NCBI RefSeq assembly: GCF_009914755.1
Contig: NC_060942.1
Length of the DNA: 64,000 nucleotides
From: the human T2T-CHM13v2.0 reference genome, Homo sapiens
Direction: 5' to 3' (one strand)
Shown here in pieces: positions 44,791 through 58,700 of this stretch; positions within the stretch are counted from its first letter, which is position 1, and each line of letters starts with the position of its first letter. Made by a program: the position numbers and the translations under genes. The notes beneath the pieces are model-generated. The model did not search any database, was not told where the DNA came from, and saw nothing but the letters and a program-made list of their open reading frames with translations.

Positions 44791-47599
44791 CCCCCCCTCC
44801 TCAGGGTTAAACTAACAATTATATAATTAAACTACAAAATTAGTTGTGTTTGGATTTAACTTTTCATTCCCCACATGCCCTGGTTGATTTTAATTATTTA
44901 TGTTTGGACTATATGAAATATTAATATGGCTCTAAATGTCAGGACCATTCAAAAATGTATCTTCATAGAAATGCTACTGCCCTTTCCTTTTTCTACCCTG
45001 TTTTCATTCCTTCCCCATTTTTCTACTTCCTTAATAGTTTCTGATTAATAAGTGTGTGTGTGTATGTGTGTGTGTGTGACAACATGTTCTGGAAATAACT
45101 CCATACTTGTTCATAGGAATCATCATAATTTATTTAGAGCTGCACAGTGTTTCATTGCATTAATACATTATATTTTAGTTTTCTTTTCTCCTGCATACAG
45201 GCATTTATATTGTTTCTACTATTTTGCACTTACAAGCAATTGTGCGATAATTAACCTTGTGGACATGTATTTAGGATTGTTAAATATTTCAGGGTAGATT
45301 CCTAGAAGGGGAAGGCAGGGTTAAAAGGTAAGTGCATATGTGGTTTTGTTAGATATTGTCAAATTCCTTTTCAAAGGTTGTGCTAATTTGCATTCCAACA
45401 AGCAGTATGAGTGTCTGTTTCAGTTTTACTGTGACAACGTGGTCATATTTTAATTTTCACAGTCTGATGTGTGAAAAATAAGCTTCTGCTGTTTTGATAT
45501 TCATTTCTCTAGTTACATATGAAAGATGCTCAAATTCAGTCATATTTATTCAGGTTCCCTGTGTTTTTCTTTCTGATTTCTTACAGTTTTATTGCATGAA
45601 AGATGTTTGTGATGTTTGCAATTGGATGACTCAAGTCTTTGTCATGGAGACCTCCCTTACTCTCAAGGGGCCTCCCAGCGCAAGAGGCAGTGAGTCCATC
45701 ACCATAGGAAGTGTGCACATGTACAGACTGTTCAAACATACAGTACAGACTGCTATGATGTCAGCAAACACCCATGTGGGAAAAGCAATGAGAATTCATC
45801 CAGCCAAATATGCATTTTGAATTAGTTTCTTAAAAACATGTTACATGAATTTAACTAGGGAATAGAGGATAATTACTACCAATACCAGATGTGGAAGAAC
45901 AAACAAAAAACTCTTAGGACGTTAACAAAAAAGATTTTACTTAGCCATGTATCTATTAGATTTATTTGATTTTCAGGTTACATTAATTTGGAAAACAGAG
46001 AATGAGATCAAATAAGAATAACTGCAGGAGACGGGTGTTGCAAAACGATGCAGTGAATCAGTAGACCTAAGAAAATGGGAAATCAGATGAAGGGCGTGTG
46101 TAAATTGTAGTCTTTGTATCAGGCCTTGTCATGGCTGTCAGTGAACATGGCACTGAAACTTCTATATACTACCAGTGGGAACAATGAAAACTAATGAGCT
46201 TTTATTTTTTCTGTTTTGTGTCATTTTTGATTGGGTACCTAAGGGGAAAAAAGTGCAGATAGTAAATAAGTAGAAAAAGAAAAGGGAACACAAGGATAGG
46301 ATGAATTCATAATACTACCAACGATAATGCTAGATGAAATATCATGATAATTGAAGTATGTATTATAGCTCAACTCATACTGTTTTGTACTCATGGTTCC
46401 TAGACTATTCAGTTTTAAGAGAGATACAACACACACTTCAGAGAAGGTAGAATCCATCATTTTATCCTTTAAATTCATACATTAAAAAAGAAACGGGAAA
46501 GAGAAATGGGCTTCATGACAATTTCATGTTTTTATGCTGAAGGGTCATGGAGTGGCTAATAGATACCAGTGTTTCATTTCCCTCACTGGGTAGTCAAAAT
46601 ACTGAGCCCACTCGAATGCTAGGATGCCTCGAATTTCTGAATACTCCTTTAAGTGGCAAACTATAAAAGGAGCAATACTCTGGGACAAATTGTTTGTTTT
46701 TTTTTTCATACAGTGATTACAAGGGACCTTTATTCATTATAAAACAAATGTAATCTGCATGTTATATCGTGTAAGAGAGGGCAATTGAAGCTAATCTAGG
46801 ACAAAACAGTAGGCACTTTCAGCAAGCAAATGGGCCGTGCCTGTAAGTGATTGGATGGGGACAGACATAGAAACTCGATTAGAACCCGAGTGCTCCAGTG
46901 CTGCTGGTGGCAACGTTACGGAGACACAGCATGGCTTCCTGGAAAACAGTAAGAAAAAGGTGACGGAAAGAAAGAAACAAGGATAGAACAAAATGAGCCG
47001 CAAATATCCAAACAAGATGCCATGAAAATGGCTTAAGGAAAGGAGCTAAAGGCCAGGGGCAAACAGTTTCTATAGGAAGAGTCCAAGGTTAGCCATAGAT
47101 AAGTTCCACAGAGGCAAAGGTATTGCTTTGACAGACTTTGGTCTTGCTCCCAGACTGACAAGGGGCTGTGTGACAAGGACATTCTCCATTCTCTCTACTG
47201 TGTGAAAATCTCTCGTGTCACTTCCTCATTATCAGAGATAGGCTAACAAATTTAACAAGTAAAAATGTATAAATATTATCACGGGTGCCTAATACCTAGA
47301 ATGCATTTGTTCTATCAGGCTCTCAAGAATAGGTAACAGTATGAGAGGCATAATAAAATTGACAATGACCCTTCTCTTGTAGAATTTAGTCTAGTTTAAT
47401 GATTCATAGTTACGGCAGCTGTCACTCACCTCATCAAAATTTTTATGATTAATGGACACTGTTACTCAAAAATGTAAATATAATCATACATATATTCCAT
47501 CCATATTACTCAGATATTCGTGGAACTCTTAGATTTCATTTATGAGCAGCAGTTTAATAAACACCAGTTTAATGGAAAAGACCCACTAGTGGTTTTCCT

Positions 47600-49100
47600 A
47601 CTTTTGTTAGTTATAAAAAATTTAACATACATACTTAAAGAGATTCAAATTTAATATGGCTAGCTTCTCTTGTGCATTACAAGGGCTTTAGGCAGCTTAA
47701 ATCCAATCACACTCCTTTTACTTTATATGTTAATTTTGTCCAGAATTTTAGCTGTAACTTCTTTTATTTTAACCACCAAATGAGATGCATTCTGTATAGC
47801 TTTATACAGTCTGCCTAAGTATAGATTTACTCACATGCTTACCAGTTGATTTTTTTTTTTTACATTTCCTTCTTGCAACTCAGAGCATTCCTGAGAAATT
47901 CTTTTTATTTTCTATTGTCTCCTGAAGTGAGTCTTTTAGAAATTTCTTTTCTGAGGATCTTTTGATAAACTCACAGAATTTTATGATTGGAAGATTTTTT
48001 TTTGTTGTAGTTCTCTTCTTTTTCAGTAATATAAATTGCTTTTGCACTTTGAGAACAATGTTAAATGTATAAAAACTTATACATATAATCTGAACAACTT
48101 TTCCTCAAATCACTTGAGAGTAAGTTGGCAACACGATAGATACCCTCTCCTCCCTGATGCATCAGTTTGCATTTTCTTAAAACAAGAACAGGCCCACATG
48201 TAACTGTTAGAATCAAGAAATTAGTGTGGTTGCATCACCACCTTTTGAGCCTCGGGCCATGTTCAAGTTGGGTCCTCTGTCTCATGATGGCAAAGGATGC
48301 CGTTCAGAGTCACAAGGTTGATTTAGCTGTTGTGTCTCTTTAGTTTCCTGTAGTCTGGAGTACCTCCTCAGCTTTTCTTTGACCTTTGTGAAGTCAGAGA
48401 AGAGTGATTTTGTAGAAAGTCCCACAATATGGGTTTCTTTAGTATTTGCTTGTAGCTGGACTCATGGTGTACATCCTTGACAGGAATATCTCAGAAGTGA
48501 TTTTCTATTCTCTCTATCCTATCAGGAGGAACATGATTTTGATATTGGTCCATTACTCATAACATTCACCTTGATCACTTAGTCAAGGTGGTATCTTCCA
48601 GTTTTCAGGCTAAAATTCCTTTCTTTAACTTTTGTAATTAATAAATATTTATATATAATTATAACCTATTTAAATGTCCCATTTCTCATCAATTTTTAAT
48701 CTTTCATTTACTTATATGAAAATGAACTCAGAGTTTTCTATTTTATTTAATAGATCAAAATTCCCCACTGCCGTTTTTCATTCTGATGCTCAATTTGTCT
48801 TATATTTGGCCACTGGGAGCCCTTCCAGTTGGCTTCTGTGTCCCTGTGACATGTTTCCGTCATTCTTTAAGCGCTTTTCTGCTTTCTGGCACAAGATGTT
48901 CTAGGCTTATCCCACACATCTTGCACTTTCTGTTACAACCTCAAAATTAGCCATTTCTGCAAGGAAGTTTGGTTTATTGTCGTGGAGAATATAATTTAGA
49001 AGCCATGATTTGGTGAGCTTAAGGCTATTGGGGTTTCACTTTCAGTAGACAGAACTAGGGAATATACATATGAGTATAATATGTAAAGATATGTACACGA

Positions 49101-49152
<52 letters not shown>

Positions 49153-49420
49153 CCGTCTATTTATCATCTCTATCAATCCATCCATTTATCTATCTATATC
49201 TAATCTATCTACCTACCTATCTATACATCCATTCTATCTATCTAATCATCTAGTCTGTTTATCTATATTGAAGTTAATAAATTCACACCAATAACTTCAA
49301 TTTCCATTCAATGCCACAGTACGTTTTTCTGGTCTTTTCCTTTCTATATTTGCAGTTCCCTTTTCCAGCACTGAGAAACCCGCTCTTTTTAACAGAAGAT
49401 ATTTACCAGTATGCCCAATC
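47600..49420 (-). mobile_element. Ancient L1MC/MD 3' UTR fragments
   Basis: ttggccactgggagcccttccagttggcttctgtgtccctg...ttctggcacaagatgttctagg; same family as 43.5 kb and 62.1 kb. Confidence 0.65.
49101..49265. repeat. (TCTA)n tetranucleotide STR with a degenerate extension
   Basis: About 12 perfect ATCT units at 49101-49151, followed by imperfect copies. Confidence 0.93.
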
Positions 49421-50426
49421 CTCTTGCATGCAGCCAGCCCCCAGTGCTGTCACTGCACCAGCACAGGCCCACACCCTACTTGCATGCCTCGCTTCCCTGC
49501 TTGAGCTCTGACTTTACATTTGCAGATGCTCATCCCCTCATGCTTGGGACACTCTTCTGCCAGCCTTGGGCTGTGACATCCCTCTCCAGGCCAGCCCTCT
49601 GTGAGGCAGCTGGCATTTCTCTGTGATTATCAAGCATTTTGAGCCTGCAATGAAGCAGCGAGGATGCATTCCTTCAGCAAAGGGGAGATCCATCTTCTGG
49701 GTACAGGGCGCATCCCAACTCCAGTCCCCTATAACAAAGAGAGGGGTTATGTCTACAGCAACCACATGGTATATTAAGTTCTTAGCTTTGATTTGCCCCA
49801 ACTTACAAGATTTTTGTGCAAGATGAGTGACTTAAATCTTCACCTAGACACTACTCAGGAAACACCTCATTGTTTCTCTGTCATAACAAAGACAGACCAT
49901 GAGCAAATGTGTCATGAAATGTTGACCCTGGCTGAAAACTATTGTGCATTGGGAAAAGCACAGAAGGAAACCCAGGGTCAGAGACCACCGAGCTCTGTTG
50001 GGACAGAATTTAGGTGAGTCATCAGATGGACTGTCATCCCCCCAGATAATTCATCCTGAACCATTCTGTGTTTTCTTACCCACTCTCTGATAATGAAGCA
50101 AATACACTAAAAGAGTTTATTATAGTTTTGGTAATTGCCATATTGGTTATCACTCACTAGTCACTGCTGCCTCTGTTGGAAATTTTTCCTAAATACCCAT
50201 CTGAAATAAGATGTAAACAAAGCACTTAGTAAAATTATGTGAGTGTCAGCATTCAGATACTCTTCAAAGTAATTTAATATTTAATATTTGAATTTTGGAG
50301 AAAACAAAATGACTTTTGATTTATCATTTCATTATTGATAAACACTGCTGTAGAGACCTTTCTTTAAGCTTGAAGGGAAAGACGCTCTTTATCTTTTGTT
50401 TTTATTTAAGCCTGAGTTGAGACTAG

Positions 50427-50807
<381 letters not shown>

Positions 50808-50930
50808 CTCACAATGGATCCACATATTTTAACATAATAAAATATGCTATTTTGAGTATGGAAAAGTGGTCCATGGTGTTCACATTGTCCTTTGAACACA
50901 TAAGCTCTTTGAGTAAAAGCCATTCATTCA

Positions 50931-51075
50931 ACACAGACACACACACACACACACACACATGCAAACACACACACATGCACACACAGACACACACACACAA
51001 ACACACATATACACACAGTGCACATTATTCACACAGGCACACACATGCACACAAGTGCACACACAGAAACACACC
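50931..51075. repeat. CA-rich microsatellite/low-complexity tract
   Basis: acacagacacacacacacacacacacat... Confidence 0.9.
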
Positions 51076-51982
51076 TTGAACACGTTCTATCTCCTTTGCC
51101 CAGTTCCTAAAAATTATGTTCCATTTATTGTAAATGGATAGCACATATTTATAGAGCCTAGTTACCTGTATAGTTATAATACTGTATTAAAACTATCTGG
51201 CCCAATTGGTTGTATTTTCTAACATCTCTTTATAAAATACAATAAAAATCCAAACAAAATAAAAAATCATATTAGTTGTAATTTTCATAAGTTATAATAC
51301 TCTTTCCTTTCAGAAAGATCATGCTTCTAGGATTTGGGGAGCATAATGCTTTGAATTTTGTGCTGTGTTCACCTCAGCGTGTGTATGGAGGGTGCTTGAT
51401 AAATGGCTTTGATGGCACAGGAGGACTGAAACAGCCAGAGACTGGGGCTGGAGCTCAGATCTGTCCATGAGACAGTTCACTTGGGCCTGTTCTATTCTTT
51501 GCAATTGTCACAAATCAGATTCCATCAATGCCTGCATTAGCTTTTCCATGCCAAGCCCCTCATCTCGTGAATGAAAGAATGATCCCCTTCAGAGCCCAGG
51601 ACTGCTGGGGTTCACGATCTTCGCCTGCTGTGTGCCTACAACACCTTGGACCACAGAGCGTGCCGGATGCTGGATGGGTGAACAAGTGGGTGCCCACGTG
51701 GCAATCCGAGTTTGGGGTCTGAGAGATCCCTGGTGTGGAGGGCGGGACCTGGCTGTCTCAGGACCCCCAGCTCCGCTGCAGTCCACAATTTGACTGAGTT
51801 CTGCCTTTGTGCTTGAGCCACTTCCCCAGGTAGCACCTGTGATGGGTGATAGCTTAGTGCTAAGGCAGGCATGTTGCAGACTACCCGAAACCAATGTCAT
51901 ATTTACCTTGGAGTATTCACTCTTACCTCCTGCTTACTATATCCAGTTCTAAGAATTAAGCTATGTGGGATGGATGGGACAT

Positions 51983-52617
51983 TGAAGCCATGTCGTTCAT
52001 CTGGGGTAATACCTGAGGTTCGTTGCCTCCAACAAGGAAATCAAGGACACCCAAGCTAAGGAGTGAGGTTAAGAGCAGAGGTTTAATAGATGAAAGAAAG
52101 ACAAAAGTGCTCTCTCTTGCAGACAGAGGGGGTCCCCAGCGGATCTTCCAGTCTGCGGAAAAGAGCAGGAGGTTTTATAGATGAGCTGGAGGAGACAGCC
52201 TATGATTTACATAGGGCATGAAAGATTGGCAGGACCAGATGTGCCATTTGCATAGCACCAGAAGAACTGGTCAGGCCTGGGTGTGCTGTTTGCATAGCCC
52301 GCAAAGAGGCTGGCCACACCCCCCAATCTTTTATTATGCAGAAGGGTTCTCTACTCAGCCGGGGCCATGTTGCCTGCTTCTTTTACTGCACATTTAGCGA
52401 CTGGTACTCGGCAGGCTTTTCCTATTGGCACAGCTGCCAACATTCACCCTGCGCAAGCTTCCAGCTTGCTTATCTGTGTCTGCAGCTCGATTTTACAGGC
52501 TGCTCTTTGTTAGAAAAGAAATTATTTGGGGTTGCTTTTTGTTAAAAGGCAAGCCTTGCCAAGGACTCCTTTACCCTCACTATCTGCCTAAATAACTTCT
52601 TTTTAGCTCCTGTAGCA
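51983..52617 (-). mobile_element. LTR9-family (ERV1) solo LTR
   Basis: rc begins tgctacaggagctaaaaagaagttatttaggcagatagtgagggtaaaggagtcc and ends ...ggtattaccccaga...gcttca; near-TSD acat / aaat. Confidence 0.8.
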
Positions 52618-52693
52618 AAATGACCTTTTCTGGGTGGTTATGAAGTAGATCCCTGGAGAGGGGCATGTGGTGGCTGCTGAATGAGCCAATGTC

Positions 52694-53681
52694 TGTTCTG
52701 GGAAGTCAGGGACCCTGAACGGAGGTACCGGCTGAAGCTGTGGCAGAAGAACATAAATTGTGAAGATTTCATGGACATTTATCACTTCTCCAATCAATAC
52801 TCTTATAATTTCCTATGATTGTCTTTACTTTAATCTCTTAATCCCATCATCTTTGTAAGCTGAGGATGTTTGCCACCTCAGGACCCTGTGATGGTTGCTT
52901 TAACTGTGCAAATTGTTTATAAAACGTGTGTTTGAACGATATGAACTCTGGTCATCCTGAAAAAGAAAAGGATAACAGCGATTTTCAGGGAACAAGGGAG
53001 ATAACCACAAGGTCTGACTGCCCACAGGGCCGGGCAGAACAGCGTCATATTTTCTTCTTGCAGAAAGTGAATAAGAGAAATATCACTGAATTCTTTTCTC
53101 AGCAAGCAATAACCCTGGGGAAAGGATGCATTCCCAGGGGTAGGCCTATCGACGACTGCTCTGGGAGTGTCTGTCTTATGCAGTTGAAGATAAGGGATGA
53201 AATACACCCTGGTCTCCTGTAGTGCCCTCAGGCTTACCAGGATTGGGAAATTCCAGCCTGGTGAATTCTAGTAGACCGGTTGTCTGCTCTTGAATCCTGT
53301 TTCCTGATAAGATGTTTATCAAGACAATACGTGCCCAGTGGGACATGGAACCTCATCAGTAATTCTAATTTCGCCCTGGCCTTGTGATCTTGCTCTGCCC
53401 TTCTGCCCTTGTGATCTTTTATTGCCCTTTGAAGCATGTGATCTTTGTGACTTACTCCCTGTTCATACCCCACTCCCCTTTTGAAATCCCTAATACAAAC
53501 TTGCTGGTTTTGCAGCTCAGGGGGCATCACGGAACCTACCAATAGGTGATGTCACCCCTGGAGGCCCAGCTGTAAAATTTCTCTCTTTTGTACTCTTTCT
53601 CTTTATTTCTCAGACCAGCTGACACTTAGGGAAAATAGAAAAGAACCTACATTGAAATATTGGGGGCTGGTTCACCCGATA
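52694..53681 (+). mobile_element. MER11 (HERV-K11/HML-8) solo LTR
   Basis: tgttctgggaagtcagggaccc...gggggctggttcacccgata; perfect 6-bp TSD AATGTC (52688-52693 / 53682-53687). Confidence 0.92.
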
Positions 53682-54259
53682 AATGTCAACAGTGACCCAG
53701 GTGCCAATTCACAGATGGATTTTTTTCTAAAGAGTTGTTTATTAAAGTATTAGTGGGAATGATGAGAAGAACGTTCGCTCACAATGCATCTGAGATCCTT
53801 GGGACTAGAAGTGGAAACCGGGCAAGTGGAAACCAGGTTCCTGGGACCTCACTTGGCCTCTGAACAGAATTCTTGTTAAAGTCCACATTAAAATGAGATA
53901 AGCTTTAAATAAGGCTCTACTCTTATTACTGGACACAACTGTTAAAGTCATATCTATCCATGAAAATATTTAGAGGGATCTTTAACTGCAGACAAGTAGA
54001 GCATTAGGTGAGAATCAGCCACCTTTACGAGGAAACCCCACGCCCTGTCATCCCGCAGTTACCTTCAGCATGCACCAGAGGCTGAATATTATGTGCCAGG
54101 AGCTCAAACACAAATTGCCAGTCCCTTCTTGGTGAGAGCACCTGTGGTGCATGGCCCGCCCACGTCTGGCTCGTGTCACTCCTCTGGGTCCCACTGGTTG
54201 TCTTTTCTGTGTCCTGCACTCTATTTTTTAAAACTAGGCTTTTATTACTACTTGGAGAT

Positions 54260-54619
54260 CGTATTAGTCTGATCTCACACTGCTACAAAGACATACCTGA
54301 GACTGGGTGATTTATGAAGAAAGAGGTTTAATTGACTCACAGTTCCACAGGCTATAAAGGAGGCATGGCTGGGGAGGACTTAGGAAACTTACAATCATGG
54401 CAGAAGGTGAAGGGGAAGCAGGCATGGTTGTCACACGGCCAGAGCAGGAGGCATGGGGAGGTGCTACACATTTTTAAACAAGCAGCATTAGGGAGATGGT
54501 GCCAAAGCATTAGAACCCGCCCCCATGATCCAATCATCTCCCAGCAGACCCCTCCTCCAACACTGAGGATCACAACTCATCCTGAGATTTGGGTGGGGAC
54601 ACAGAGCCAAACTGTATCA
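54260..54619 (-). mobile_element. MSTA/THE1D-like MaLR solo LTR
   Basis: gtattagtctg...aaagaggtttaattgactcacagttcc...gagatttgggtggggacacagagccaaactgtatca. Confidence 0.88.
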
Positions 54620-55122
54620 GATGATTTTCTAAAAAATATATGTCAGTCACAAAAACATCTTCCGTTTGAACAGGTTGTCTTTTTCAATGGTTTTGCTAAA
54701 GTCATTTGTTTCCTCAAACAACCTCTATAGAATACACACCACTGATCAGTTCTCTGAATTGCTTATCTCCTATCTTCATGCTGTAGCTCGGTCTTGCTCT
54801 GGCTCTCTATCTATCAGGTTGAAATGTTTCTTCCACATTTTTGGGGCCCAAATTGAAAAAGTGACAATTGTCACAAAGTGACAATGCTTTCCGTAAATAA
54901 TCCAGGGCATTTTCTATGCAATGGAGTAGATGTGACTCCCCAGATGGAGTCATACAAAAGTGAGATTTTATTATTTTTGACCACCTTTGATAGCAGCTCC
55001 CTAGACCTGCCAAAATACCAAAATATCAATTACATGAATGAAGGCTTGTTGCATACATACAGAGACCAAAAGCCGAGGTAATTTATTTATATACTTACTA
55101 TTATTTTCTTTTGTATAAAGGG

Positions 55123-55238
55123 TTTTTTTTTTATTTTGCTTTTTTTTATTATACTTTAAGTTCTAGGGTACATGTGCACAGTGTGCAGGTTTTATACATA
55201 GGTATACATGTGCCATGTTGGTTTGCTGCACCCATCAA
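55123..55238 (-). mobile_element. Very short L1PA 3'-end fragment
   Basis: poly(T) then attatactttaagttctagggtacatgtgcac...tttgctgcacccatcaa. Confidence 0.88.
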
Positions 55239-55252
55239 ACTTGGCTTTTGGA

Positions 55253-55520
55253 GGCTGGGCATGGCAGCTCATACCTGTAATCCTAGCGTTTTGAGAGGGA
55301 GGTGGGAGGACTGCTTGAGCTCAGGAGTTCAGAAGAGCCTGGGCAACACAGTGAGACCTTGTCTCTACAATTTTTTTTTTTTTTAAATTAGCTAGGCATG
55401 GTGGCATGTACCTGTAGTTCCAGCTACTTGGGTGGCTGAGGTGGGAGGATTGCTTAACCCCAGCAGGCCACTGCACTCCAACCTGGATGACAGAGACCTT
55501 GCTAAGGAAACAATAATAAA
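55253..55520 (+). mobile_element. AluJ-like SINE (left arm of a local inverted duplication)
   Basis: ggctgggcatggcagctcatacctgtaatcc...ccactgcactccaacctgg, with a deletion in the right monomer. Confidence 0.88.
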
Positions 55521-55535
55521 TAGTTACTTATTATT

Positions 55536-55743
55536 ATCCTCCCACTTCAGCCACCCAAGTAGCTGGAACTCCAGGTACATGCCACCACGTCCAGCTAATT
55601 AAAAAAAAATTGCAGAGACAAGGTCTCACTTTGTTGCCCAGGATGGTCTGAACTCCTGAGCTTAAGCAGTCCTCCCACCTCCCTCTCAAAACGCTGGGAT
55701 TACAGGCATGAGCTGCCATGCCCAGGCTCCAAAAGCCAAGTTT
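55536..55743 (-). repeat. Inverted copy of 55237-55450 (Alu part plus unique flank)
   Basis: Shares non-consensus changes (gcagctcat, agcgttttgagagggagg, ttccagctacttgggtggc) and the non-Alu flank aaacttggcttttgga. Confidence 0.92.
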
Positions 55744-58700
55744 AAAAGGCAAAAAAATGTAGTTTGCAGATATCCATTGAATTGGGAATTTTATAACATA
55801 GTGACTTTCTAAATGCCTCGAAAACATCCCCTGAGTTCAGGAAAAGATCAAGTTTGCAGGCTTGAATTTTACTTCCACTAGACTACTGCTGCATTTATCT
55901 GTCTCCTATTTGGGAGGGAGGTATGATACTTCACAGGTAAAATGCATGCTGCTATTAAAAGAAAAACAGTTTGCATCACTGTACCACATCAATAAACAAG
56001 GCAAAACACATTATTCAGGCAAAAAACAAGTTTATTATCTTTACAAACGTAGCCAGAAAGTAGTTTTTACCTTTTTTGATTCAGAATACTTTTCTGATGT
56101 AAATCTACTCTATTAAGAAGACGAACTGCCCAGAGAATCAAACAAACTACAATTTATAAAGTTTATGCTTAAGATCATACAATATGTAGATTACTTAATA
56201 ATTGCAAATATATAGAATAATAAATGTTTACACACATGTTTACGTATATCGATGTGTGTGTGTACATGTATGTGTGTACTTGTGTGTATGTGCGGATTTG
56301 TGTGCCCATGTATGGGGACTGAGATGCCCCTGAAAATTGTGAACCCCCTGGACTCTTAGGAAGCCCTGGAGCCTGGAGAAAGGAGCTGCCCTTCCCGAGA
56401 AGGAATGATGTTTGCACCTTGCCTGGAGACACTGTGGTACCTCTTGCTACAATAAACCATGTGTCTTCCTCAGCTTCAACCTCCACTTCTCTTGGCCACT
56501 AGGCTGATGGGGATGATGTTACTTATCCAGCAGAAATATGGGGGGCCTGATAAAGAAGGAAAAGGAGGTGCAGGAGCATCCCAAAGGCACATGACCCAGC
56601 CAGAATATCCAACTTGAGATGGGGAAGGTGAGTGGCTCTGGTTTTCGGAGCACCTGATAGAAGGGTCAGGAGGTTCGGGAGTGTTTACAGATGCTTGTCC
56701 CTGCAGTCGTGAGATACAGAACATAATTCTCTGGCAAGAACCCAGGAGGCAGATTTGCTGCTAGGATGGCAGCTCAAGGTTCAGAAAAGGCGATGCTCCG
56801 TGCTGTGTGAAATTGAAATACCACTGTTTCTGTGGTCAGCGGTGGAGGGTTGTGGGTGTGCTACAGTGATCATGGTGTAAGTGGCTGCATTGATGTGCAT
56901 GAGTGATTGATGTGCATGTAGAAGGATGGAGGGGATGCCATTTCACAGCCAGGAGATGCGCTGGTGCAATGGGCACCTATCTCTTTAAGCTTTCCAGTAG
57001 TGGCTCTCCTCTGTCAAGCAGGGCTGCCGGTAGCAGAGACTGTTATGGGATGAGATTTGCTAGTGGCAGTGGGGAGGACAGGACCCTGGCCACAGGAGGC
57101 TGGGTGGGTGAGCAGGGGCAGGTCACAGTGGGACCCAGATGCCTTGCCCCGCACAGAGAGATGGAGACAGCTGAGGGGCATCAAATCTCTAAAAAAAGGT
57201 GGGAAAGATGGATGATGGGAGAGTGGGGGAGTCACTCCCACAAAAACTCAACCACTATTGCATTGTTTCTGGGTCTGGGTCAGTTTACAGATCTAGACTC
57301 ACTGACTGAGGTGTGGCCAGGTCCCCAGGCGGAAGGGCCCTGCAGCCCCATGACATGCAGATATGGAGAGGGTTTCCAGTCTTCCCCAAAGGGACCTTGG
57401 CCATTCCTTGGTGTGGGGCTATGTAATGCGTCCACTTGGCTGGGCTGGGAATTCCCAGCGCTCCCTTTCCTGTGGGTGAGAGCAACTCTTCCGGAAGAGG
57501 TGGAGGGTGGAAGTGGCGCAGCAGCTCTCTGGAGCCCACAGACTTTGTTGCTTTTGTGTTGGGCAACCTCAAACTGCCCAACTTCCCTGTTACCTCCCTT
57601 CAGCAGCTCTAGCTCCTGGCCAGGTGCTTGTACTTCACAATGGAATGAAGGCCTCAGTTGTGCCGGATGCCCACACCACCAAGGTCAGGGCCAAGGGGAA
57701 CTGACGCCGGGGGCAGCCTGTCCTCATGGCTGCAGCTCCCGCTCCTGAGTTCTGCTGTGCCCATGTTCCCAGACCTAGCGGTTTTGAAATGTTGAAATAA
57801 TTGTTCATGTGTTCTTTCTTCATATACAGCCAAGGTTGCTGAACAACTGTTTTTTAAGAAGTCTTTAGTCACAATTGTGGCTTTCTGCTACTGTTATTAA
57901 TTGGCTTTAAATTATGTTCCAGAATATTGCCTCTGTTGGATTCAGGCAAGTTTAATAGTTCCCATTCAAATGCAGACACACACATATGCGGCCTTCTCTC
58001 TTGAATGCTGCTCTATGGCCAACTCCAAGCTTCATAATAACCCACCAGTACCCCAGACCCAGCCGTAGCAAACATTCCTTGGTACATAAGATCCAGCATT
58101 TCAGTGGTGTTTTGTTTTCTTTCCTTCTTACTTTCTTTTCCCCAGAGAGCAAGATCTCATCCCTAGCTACTTCTTTGCACAGCAGCATATAATGTAGGCA
58201 CCAACATGCTTATTGAATTCTGCAGATGTTGTCTATGTGATTAGTTTATCTGTTATGCTGATTTAGTGATGACTCGGTGGCCAGACCTTAAATAATTCTG
58301 AAAGCAATACCTCTCAGAGATAAACAGGAGTTGTGGTTTTCAAGCGTTGTTTATTTCTTTAGAAGATTTGCATTGAAAGCAGGATAGAAAACACTAAGGA
58401 CCACCAACTCCAGCTGATCCATTCTAAAGCTGGAACATAAATTAGTGACAATAGTGAATTCTCACTTGATAAATAAATACAAAGGAGATTTGGATGATTT
58501 TTCTTCTGCCTTAGCAATTGAACAGTGCAGGGCTGTGTGTGATGCCAACAGTGACGCGTGTGTTATGTTAGAGCCAAAACACTCATTTAGTTATGAATCA
58601 AAATGTGTAAAAAGCAAGAGTAACAACAACTGAAAATTCCTAGACCACCTCATGACAACAGTGATAATAAACTGATTTTTGGAAAACCTATTTTGAAAAC

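Larger units (their letters stand above)
42430..45530 (-). mobile_element. Fragmented ancient L1MC/MD/ME 3' region hosting Alu, MER45A and MLT1C insertions
   Basis: ctctttacccagcttccc...tctccaaggaagcatggtttc...gaccaagatctgggtg; later attcctagaagggg...gggttaaaaggtaagtgcat. Confidence 0.65.

Noticed and set aside
56903-57748. 281-aa + strand ORF
   Set aside because: GTG start, GC-rich composition, no recognisable domain or exon structure; consistent with chance, though BLASTP or PhyloCSF would settle it
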